DNA of 14,499 nucleotides, from positions 1-14,499 of the forward strand of contig JAYEKO010000052.1 of NCBI GenBank assembly GCA_034661055.1, in the 5' to 3' direction. The first letter of the stretch is position 1, and every line of letters begins with the position of its first letter. Shown in pieces: positions 8,051 to 14,499 of this stretch. The stretch comes from Campylobacterota bacterium (GTDB lineage: Bacteria > Campylobacterota > Campylobacteria > Campylobacterales > Sulfurimonadaceae). A program made the translations under genes and the position numbers. The notes under the pieces were generated by a model. The model was not told the DNA's origin. It saw only the letters and a list, made by a program, of their open reading frames with translations, and did not search any database.

Positions 8051-9627
8051 AACTATTACTCATACTTTTTTTCAGTGTCACATTGACATTTGCATCGACA
8101 CATAGTTGTCAAGACACTCTTTTTACATTTAACGTTTCACAAACTAATAGCAATGTCCGAATTATTGACATTGTTGAAAATGTTGCTCACGAGTGTCACT
8201 TCTCAGTTAGAATCAGAGATAATGAGGCAAAAAAAGTACTTAACTCAAAGCTTTTTTTAGTTCATATCAACGACTATACCCTTGATGAGATGTTTGACTT
8301 TCTTTTTACCCAGCACAATATGTTTTTTAAATTTGATGAAAAAAGAGGTGTTCTATCTATCTCATATCTACAAACACACTCTTTTGTTATTGATTACGTA
8401 AACCTAAGTGAACACACCAGCGACTCAACAAAAACCATTACCGTCGGTGCTGCATCTATGTCTAATGATGGTAACAGTGGCGGCAATGGCAACAGTGGTG
8501 GTAACTCAGGCATGTCAAATATGGGAAATTCTGGAGGCATGAATAGCAGCCAGCAGGGCTCAGGAAACTCAGACTTTACCACCATAAAGTCAGAAACAAA
8601 ATTTGAGTTTTGGGATAAACTTAGCGATGAGATTGATGCTATTCTTTCACGTGATGGTGATATTACAAAAATTCAGAGTCGCTCAATCATTAATCGTGAA
8701 GCTGGTGTAGTCACCATTACAGGAACCAAAGATCAAATTGACCGCATTAGCAGATATCTTAAGAAAATCAAAAATCGTCTGCACAAACAGGTGATGCTTG
8801 AGACAAAGCTCTTTGAACTACGCTACGCTGACAGAGAAAGCACTGGAGTAGATTGGTCTAAATTTAATCTCTCACTTACAGGTGATGCCGGAAACCTATT
8901 TACCAACGACTCTGAATCTACAGGTGGATCTAGCTACTCATTTGCCTACCAATTTTCCATGGATGGACTCATCGATTTTTTAAATAAATATGGAAGCATC
9001 AGTGTCCTCTCAACACCAAAAATATTGACACTCAATAATCAACCTGCAGTTATAAATGTTGGTAATCAGATAAACTATCGTTATGAAAGCGGCAGTGTCA
9101 GTGCTACAAATGTCGGCTCATCTGCGACCAATACCTATATTATGAGTTCTGTATTTATTGGATTAACACTCAATATTGTACCAGAGATTACAGATGATGG
9201 CTTTGTTATCTTGAGAATTAATCCTGTAGTGAGTGAACAACTAGACAAAAACAGTCACCTTAATAATGACAGTAGCGACATAGTAGATGAAGACGGTGTA
9301 CGAATTATGCCGCCAGACATTAAAATTAAACAGCTCTCTTCTATTGTTAAAGCTAAAAATGGTAGCCGTGTTGTCATTGGTGGGCTCATCTCAACTACAG
9401 ATCAGACTGTTGACACCTCTATTCCACTCTTAAGCTCTGTTCCTATTGTGGGTGGGCTTTTTCAGCACAATGCTAAAGAGACCTTTAAAACAGAGCTTAT
9501 TGTTGTGATTACTCCAAGGATTATTGACACACATGACTTTCCATCTATTGGCAGTGTTGAAAAGCTCTTAGACGAATCACGCTCTAGTAGTACTGAAAAA
9601 ATTTTAGATAAGTCTGAACATGAGTAG
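8047..9627 (+). CDS. mshL: MSHA-type outer-membrane secretin (MshL/CtsD, GspD/PilQ family)
   Basis: Signal peptide, Ser/Gly/Asn-rich insert, QVMLETKLFEL, GVDWS, LSTPKILTLNNQPAVINVG, VVIGGLI, IPLLSSVPIVGGLF and TELIVVITPRII. Confidence 0.9.
   Translation: MKLLLILFFSVTLTFASTHSCQDTLFTFNVSQTNSNVRIIDIVENVAHECHFSVRIRDNEAKKVLNSKLFLVHINDYTLDEMFDFLFTQHNMFFKFDEKRGVLSISYLQTHSFVIDYVNLSEHTSDSTKTITVGAASMSNDGNSGGNGNSGGNSGMSNMGNSGGMNSSQQGSGNSDFTTIKSETKFEFWDKLSDEIDAILSRDGDITKIQSRSIINREAGVVTITGTKDQIDRISRYLKKIKNRLHKQVMLETKLFELRYADRESTGVDWSKFNLSLTGDAGNLFTNDSESTGGSSYSFAYQFSMDGLIDFLNKYGSISVLSTPKILTLNNQPAVINVGNQINYRYESGSVSATNVGSSATNTYIMSSVFIGLTLNIVPEITDDGFVILRINPVVSEQLDKNSHLNNDSSDIVDEDGVRIMPPDIKIKQLSSIVKAKNGSRVVIGGLISTTDQTVDTSIPLLSSVPIVGGLFQHNAKETFKTELIVVITPRIIDTHDFPSIGSVEKLLDESRSSSTEKILDKSEHE
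8468..8503 (+). repeat. Imperfect 18-bp tandem repeat encoding GNSGG units in the secretin
   Basis: atggtaacagtggcggca / atggcaacagtggtggta (15/18 identical), within the low-complexity segment DGNSGGNGNSGGNSGMSNMGNSGGMNSS. Confidence 0.7.
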
Positions 9628-10411
9628 CTTTCTAAAAGCATCCAAAGTCTTTGCTACTACCTTTAACACACAGGAGTATTTTGAAAGCTTAAGTGCCGAG
9701 TTTACAAAGAGTTCTCTTATTACTACCATAGAATCAAAAGAGACTCCACTGCTCTTCTTATTAGGTGAGCCTGGTGTTGGTAAAACCTATATGCTTCATC
9801 TCTTAAAAGAGCATTTCAGTGATCAATTCTTACTATTCTCCACAGAGCCATTCTCTACCCCTGAATCATTTTTACATTTTTTATTACAAGAGCGTGACTA
9901 TGACCCAAACATGAGTCTCACAGAGCTCAAAAACCTTACAACAGAGTATTTTAAAGAGTTTTCAAACCATCTGATTGTTATTGATGAAGCCCAACTGCTT
10001 CACGATAGTGTTTTAGAATTTATTCGTATTTTGAGTGATACTGGTCACTTTAACTTTCTGCTTTCAATGCATAAAAAAGAGGGTGATGCTATTGTGAAAA
10101 AATCACACTTTGCATCACGAACCCACCGTGTTATCACTCTTGGCTTTTTGGAAGTCGCTGAAATACAGAGGTACATTGAAGCACAACTGCTCTCACATGA
10201 ACTTGGAAATTTAAGTGAACTTTTTTCAAAAAAGCAGACAAAGCTCATTGCAAAATTTTCAGAGGGTAACTTTAGAGTTGTCAAACAGCTATTGAAACAC
10301 ATCTTCTCTATTATGGACTATGCAAAAAGTAACGGGCATGACAAATACATCACGCCAACTCCCTGTGTCATCACTATGGCAGCAATTGACTTAGGAATAA
10401 TAGATGCATAA
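9620..10411 (+). CDS. ExeA/MshM/CtsP-family AAA+ ATPase
   Basis: Walker A GEPGVGKT, Walker B LIVIDEAQ, and SEGNFR. Follows the secretin, as mshM and ctsP do. Confidence 0.85.
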   Translation: MSSFLKASKVFATTFNTQEYFESLSAEFTKSSLITTIESKETPLLFLLGEPGVGKTYMLHLLKEHFSDQFLLFSTEPFSTPESFLHFLLQERDYDPNMSLTELKNLTTEYFKEFSNHLIVIDEAQLLHDSVLEFIRILSDTGHFNFLLSMHKKEGDAIVKKSHFASRTHRVITLGFLEVAEIQRYIEAQLLSHELGNLSELFSKKQTKLIAKFSEGNFRVVKQLLKHIFSIMDYAKSNGHDKYITPTPCVITMAAIDLGIIDA

Positions 10412-11174
10412 TAGTTTTGAGACATTACAAAAAAAATGTAAACGTTACCATTTTAAAAAAGTTAGCAAAAAGACCATTTTACCTCTTTTTACCATTATGA
10501 TATTAGCTTTAGGGTCTTACCTACTGTTACAGCCACAAGATCAAGTTACAATTAAACCACAACAGACTTCCCCTACCGTTAAGATGAATACAGAAAAAAA
10601 TCTTGTACAACCTACTGTACCTGCTAAAGAGATAGAACCTGTAATAGTTGCGCAACCAATTACCAATACACCTAAAGTAAAAGATGTGGCATACAATTTA
10701 CATGTAGATGACTCGTATGTACCAAAACATAAAGTTGCCAATGTCAAACAAAAAAAATCTCCTAAGCCAAAAACTAAAGCTAAAAAAGAGATTGCTAAAG
10801 AAGTTACAAAAGAAAAAAAGCAGGTTGTCATAAATGATCCTGTACCTCAAGCTACACCACTTTCAATGTCAACAAAGAAGATTAAATCTACTGATGAGTT
10901 AATATCACTGTTTCAAAATGAGCAAAAGTATGCTTTAGCACTACAGATTTCACAAGAGTTTTATGACTTAAAGCAGTACTCACGTGCTTCACTCTGGGCA
11001 AAAAAAGCCAATGTTTTAGACCGTGAAGCTGATGGAGCTTGGATTATGTATGCTAAATCAGAATATGCCAAAGGTCAAAAAAAGCGCGCCATAGAGATTT
11101 TAAAACTCTACCTTGCTAATGCAAACTCTACTGAAGGTGAAGCCTTAATTCTTAGCTGGACACAAGGAAAATAA
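10404..11174 (+). CDS. MshN/CtsX-like membrane-anchored TPR protein
   Basis: Basic N-terminus, one TM segment, a Pro/Lys-rich linker, and C-terminal TPR-like helices (ALQISQEFYDLKQYSRASLWAKKA; AWIMYAKSEYAKGQKKRAIEIL). Confidence 0.7.
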   Translation: MHNSFETLQKKCKRYHFKKVSKKTILPLFTIMILALGSYLLLQPQDQVTIKPQQTSPTVKMNTEKNLVQPTVPAKEIEPVIVAQPITNTPKVKDVAYNLHVDDSYVPKHKVANVKQKKSPKPKTKAKKEIAKEVTKEKKQVVINDPVPQATPLSMSTKKIKSTDELISLFQNEQKYALALQISQEFYDLKQYSRASLWAKKANVLDREADGAWIMYAKSEYAKGQKKRAIEILKLYLANANSTEGEALILSWTQGK

Positions 11175-11175
11175 G

Positions 11176-11718
11176 ATGCTTAAACTCCTCCTACTCTTTT
11201 CATTTTCACTACTGCTTCAAGCCGATGTCTATGATGATTTTTCAAAACATCTAAAAGATAAAAACTATGAGAGCGCCTGTCAAGTTGGTAAAAAAATCTT
11301 CTTCAATCAAGAGCGTGATGAGAAGTTCTTAGCGCTTATTGGTCAAGCCTGTCTCAAAGCTGACTATATTGACACCTTAGCCATGATACAGAGCAGACTT
11401 AGAGAGTCAGAATCTGCACGTAAAAACTCTGCCCTCTTCTCTTCTATTGTCTTGCAAAAACGTCTTATTTATCAGTTTATGTATGACAGTACTGACATCT
11501 CAACATTGGCACTTCCGATAAGTAATCACCCTTTATCACACGCTTTTATTGCTATTAGAGATAAAACATATTCTCTTATCTCAAAAGATCCAAAAGTTAT
11601 TGAGTTTTTTAAAGAAGATCGTAAATACAAACTCTATATTGATCCAGATAAGAATGGCAAAGTAACTATTGAAATTAAAGATAGAGACAATAAAATCTCA
11701 ATACACAGGTATCTATAA
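11176..11718 (+). CDS. Exported hypothetical protein
   Basis: 180 aa ORF with a Sec signal (MLKLLLLFSFSLLLQA|D). 1-nt gap upstream and TAATG overlap downstream. Confidence 0.75.
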   Translation: MLKLLLLFSFSLLLQADVYDDFSKHLKDKNYESACQVGKKIFFNQERDEKFLALIGQACLKADYIDTLAMIQSRLRESESARKNSALFSSIVLQKRLIYQFMYDSTDISTLALPISNHPLSHAFIAIRDKTYSLISKDPKVIEFFKEDRKYKLYIDPDKNGKVTIEIKDRDNKISIHRYL

Positions 11719-13388
11719 TGATTAAACAAGTAGTAAGACTCGGAGACCTCTTAATAGAGAAAGGGCTTATCAAAGAAGAACAACTTATGCACTGTCTCTC
11801 TTTACAAAAAGAGTCCAACTTTGAAAAAAAGCTTGGTGAACTCTTAATTGAAGAGGGGTATGTCACCCACAAAGAGATTGCACGGGAACTCTCAGCACAA
11901 CTTAACATTGAGTTTATTGATATTTACGGTGTGGAATTAGATTTTAAACTTATTACGCGTTACCCAATGCACGCCTTAGAAAGTGCAGAAGCAATTCCTA
12001 TTAAAGAAGATGATGAGTACATCTATATTGCAACATCAAATCCACTAAATTATGATGCACTCGAAGCACTTGAGCATATTATTATCTCTAAGCCCATTAA
12101 GCTCTACTTAGCGCTTGATGAAGATGTTCGACACATATTTGAACGTATTGAGATTATTCAAAACACTAAGACAATTGCCCAAGAAGTCAAACGAGAGATC
12201 TCAGATGAGAGTTACATAAGCGATAATGACGAGAGTGCTGTTATGCGCCTTATTACGCTTATTATTAAAGATGCCATCATAAGACAAGCTAGTGATATTC
12301 ACATTGAACCAGATGCTCATGAAGTCTCAGTTCGCTGTAGAATTGATGGAATATTGCAAGAGATCTTTGTATTTGAGCTTGCCATATATAACGCCATTGC
12401 TTCGCGTATTAAAATATTAGGTAATTTAGATATTTCTGAGCGAAGAAAAGCACAAGATGGACGTTTCTCGATGACTATCAATAAAGGAGTCTATGACTTT
12501 CGTCTCTCAACCACTCCGACATTCTTTGGTGAGTCTATTGTTATGCGTATTCTAGATCAGCAGAAAATTCTTCTTAAACTTGTAGATTTAGGACTTGAAG
12601 ATGAGAACCTGACTGTTTTTGAAAAAATCATTAACTCCCCTTTTGGAATTGTGCTCATTACCGGACCTACAGGTAGTGGTAAGACAACCACACTTTATGC
12701 TGCGCTTAATGAGATAAAAAGTTTAGAGAACAAGATTTTAACAGTAGAAGACCCAATTGAGTACCAACTTCCACTAGTTCAGCAGGTGCAGGTCAATGAC
12801 AAGATCGGTTTTACCTTTTTTGCAGCACTTAAATCATTTTTACGTCAAGATCCTGACATTATTATGGTGGGTGAGATTCGTGATATGGAGACCCTTAACT
12901 CAGCGGCTCAAGCATCACTTACCGGTCACTTAGTCCTCTCTACCCTTCACACCAATGATGCGCCAAGTGCCATTAGTCGTATGGTTCAGATGGGACTAGA
13001 ACCTTACTTAATTGCAGACTCACTCTTAGCCATTGTAGCGCAACGACTCGTACGAAAAAATTGTCAGTACTGTAAAGTCGAGTATAAACCTCATAAAAGC
13101 ATACTTAAACAAGTTCAAAAATATCTACCTCAGAACCCAGTTTTCTTTAAAGGAAAAGGGTGTCCAAAGTGCGACATGGATGGCTACAGCGGTCGTATTA
13201 TGATTGTTGAAATTCTTCAGATAAGTGACGAAATATCTCAGATGATATCAAACAATGCCAATAAATTTGAGATTGCAAAAGTGGCACAGGAAAATGGAAT
13301 GTTTACCCCAATGATGAGCGATGGTGTCAAAAAAGCCCTCTCTGGTATGATTCCTTTAGAAGAAGTAATGCGTGTAACGCGAGGTTAA
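11718..13388 (+). CDS. mshE: GspE/PilB-family assembly ATPase with N-terminal MshEN domain (MshE/CtsE)
   Basis: ASDIHIEP, Walker A GPTGSGKTT, TVEDPIEY, LRQDPDIIMVGEIRD, TGHLVLSTLHTND and Zn-binding CQYC...CPKC. N-terminal RLGDLLIEKGLI repeat. Confidence 0.92.
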   Translation: MIKQVVRLGDLLIEKGLIKEEQLMHCLSLQKESNFEKKLGELLIEEGYVTHKEIARELSAQLNIEFIDIYGVELDFKLITRYPMHALESAEAIPIKEDDEYIYIATSNPLNYDALEALEHIIISKPIKLYLALDEDVRHIFERIEIIQNTKTIAQEVKREISDESYISDNDESAVMRLITLIIKDAIIRQASDIHIEPDAHEVSVRCRIDGILQEIFVFELAIYNAIASRIKILGNLDISERRKAQDGRFSMTINKGVYDFRLSTTPTFFGESIVMRILDQQKILLKLVDLGLEDENLTVFEKIINSPFGIVLITGPTGSGKTTTLYAALNEIKSLENKILTVEDPIEYQLPLVQQVQVNDKIGFTFFAALKSFLRQDPDIIMVGEIRDMETLNSAAQASLTGHLVLSTLHTNDAPSAISRMVQMGLEPYLIADSLLAIVAQRLVRKNCQYCKVEYKPHKSILKQVQKYLPQNPVFFKGKGCPKCDMDGYSGRIMIVEILQISDEISQMISNNANKFEIAKVAQENGMFTPMMSDGVKKALSGMIPLEEVMRVTRG

Positions 13389-13393
13389 AAAAG

Positions 13394-14499
13394 ATGAAAT
13401 TTTTTGAAATTCAGTATCGGCATGGTAAGAAAAAAGAGAGTCTCGTTTTAGAGACTTTCAATAAACTAGACGCCATGAAAAAATTTCAAAAAATGGAATT
13501 GGGTGTTGTTGTTAAAATGAAAGAGATTAATGAACCTTTAAACATGAAAGTTCAAAAAATCATTGATCAGCAAAAAAATCCTATTAAGAAAAAACGTATT
13601 CCCATTGAGACCTACATTGCAGCACTTCGACAGCTATCTGTTATGCTTGATGCCGGGATGCCAATTAACCTCTGTCTAGGCGAGGTTATTAAATCGACCC
13701 AAGAGCCAATGTTAAAAGCTATTTTAACCAACGCAACAGAGAGTGTTGAAGAGGGAGCAGGATTAACTGATGCTCTTAAGCCCTACTCTACACAACTTGG
13801 GAATCTCTCTATCTCTATGATTCACTTAGGAGAGCAGACAGGGACACTTGCAGAGTCCATTGACAGACTTTCAGAGATCCTGCAAAACATTCATGACAAT
13901 CGAATAAAACTTAAAAAAGCGACACGTTACCCACTCATTACTATTATTGCTATGTCCATAGCATTTACAGTAGTAATTACCTTTGTTGTACCACAATTTG
14001 AAGAGCTTTTTCGTGAAAGTAAAACAGAGCTTCCTTTTCCAACACTTGTTTTACTATGGCTTGAAAATGCTATATCAACCTATGGTCCTTATATTTTAGT
14101 TGGTGCTGTTTTCTTGGCAAGTATCTACTCATATATGTATAAAAAAAGTGAAGCATTAGCACTTAAAAGTGACAGACTGCTTCTAAAGGTCTATATTGTT
14201 GGAGCAGTGACAAAATATGCGATGCTTGGACGCTTTGTCTATATTTTCAATGTTTTAGTTCATGCTGGTATTCCTATTGTTGATGCTTTAAAAGCTGCAA
14301 CAGGTGTGGTTGATAACCTCTATATGAAACAGCAATTTAATAAAATCACTGAAGCCGTTGAAGAAGGACGGTCACTGCATGAAGGTTTTGCATCATCAAA
14401 CTTTTTTGAGAGTATGATTTTACAGATGCTTAAAGCGGGTGAAGATGCCGGAGCACTTAATGTTATGTTAGATAAAATCACTACATATTATAATGCCAA
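13394..14499 (+). CDS. mshG: GspF/PilC-family inner-membrane platform protein (MshG/CtsF); 3' partial
   Basis: Not in the ORF track because there is no stop in the window. Manual translation from ATG 13394 gives MKFFEIQY...RQLSVMLDAGMPI...MIHLGEQTGTL...KKATRYP...FVVPQFEELF...LPFPT...HAGIPIVDAL...MLKAGEDAGAL. Confidence 0.92.
   Translation, partial: MKFFEIQYRHGKKKESLVLETFNKLDAMKKFQKMELGVVVKMKEINEPLNMKVQKIIDQQKNPIKKKRIPIETYIAALRQLSVMLDAGMPINLCLGEVIKSTQEPMLKAILTNATESVEEGAGLTDALKPYSTQLGNLSISMIHLGEQTGTLAESIDRLSEILQNIHDNRIKLKKATRYPLITIIAMSIAFTVVITFVVPQFEELFRESKTELPFPTLVLLWLENAISTYGPYILVGAVFLASIYSYMYKKSEALALKSDRLLLKVYIVGAVTKYAMLGRFVYIFNVLVHAGIPIVDALKAATGVVDNLYMKQQFNKITEAVEEGRSLHEGFASSNFFESMILQMLKAGEDAGALNVMLDKITTYYNA

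Noticed and set aside
8047..8112. Lipoprotein signal on the secretin (Cys21)
   Set aside because: The context THSC does not fit a lipobox; signal peptidase I cleavage after TFA is more plausible.
3631..10757. A8 homopolymers (e.g. 3631, 7720, 8012, 10429, 10750) as phase-variation tracts
   Set aside because: They are short Lys-codon runs expected in AT-rich DNA, all frames are intact, and no long poly-G/C tracts were seen.
3363..11908. Minus-strand ORFs at 3363, 4628, 6681, 8394, 10045, 10541 and 11675
   Set aside because: All are antisense to well-supported pilus genes and their composition mirrors sense-strand codon bias. The one at 8394-8585 is just the reverse of the Gly-rich repeat.
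1..14499. Classical type II secretion system, RNA genes, CRISPR arrays or intrinsic terminators
   Set aside because: MshL/M/N/Q-like components and the MshEN motif favour an MSHA/Cts-type pilus. Intergenic gaps are under 45 nt and show no repeats, tRNA-like structure or hairpin-polyT.

Overview
AT-rich bacterial DNA, probably Campylobacterota (Sulfurimonas/Sulfurovum-like, inferred from gene content, TGnTATAAT promoters and short prepilin leaders). Almost the whole window is one tightly coupled + strand MSHA-like type IV pilus / competence (cts-like) locus. In order it contains a 5'-truncated LamG-repeat MshQ-like adhesin, four minor pilins/pseudopilins, a PilM-PilN (MshI/GspL-like) fusion, PilO/MshJ-like and MshK-like genes, an MshL/CtsD secretin, an MshM/CtsP ATPase, an MshN/CtsX TPR protein, a secreted hypothetical protein, an MshE/CtsE ATPase with an MshEN c-di-GMP motif, and a 3'-truncated MshG/CtsF platform protein missing from the ORF track. 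A low-GC antitoxin-RelE toxin cassette with its own promoter sits between the adhesin and the minor pilins. The most unusual signal is 16 extended bacterial N-glycosylation sequons (D/E-X-N-X-S/T) packed into about 394 aa of the adhesin.
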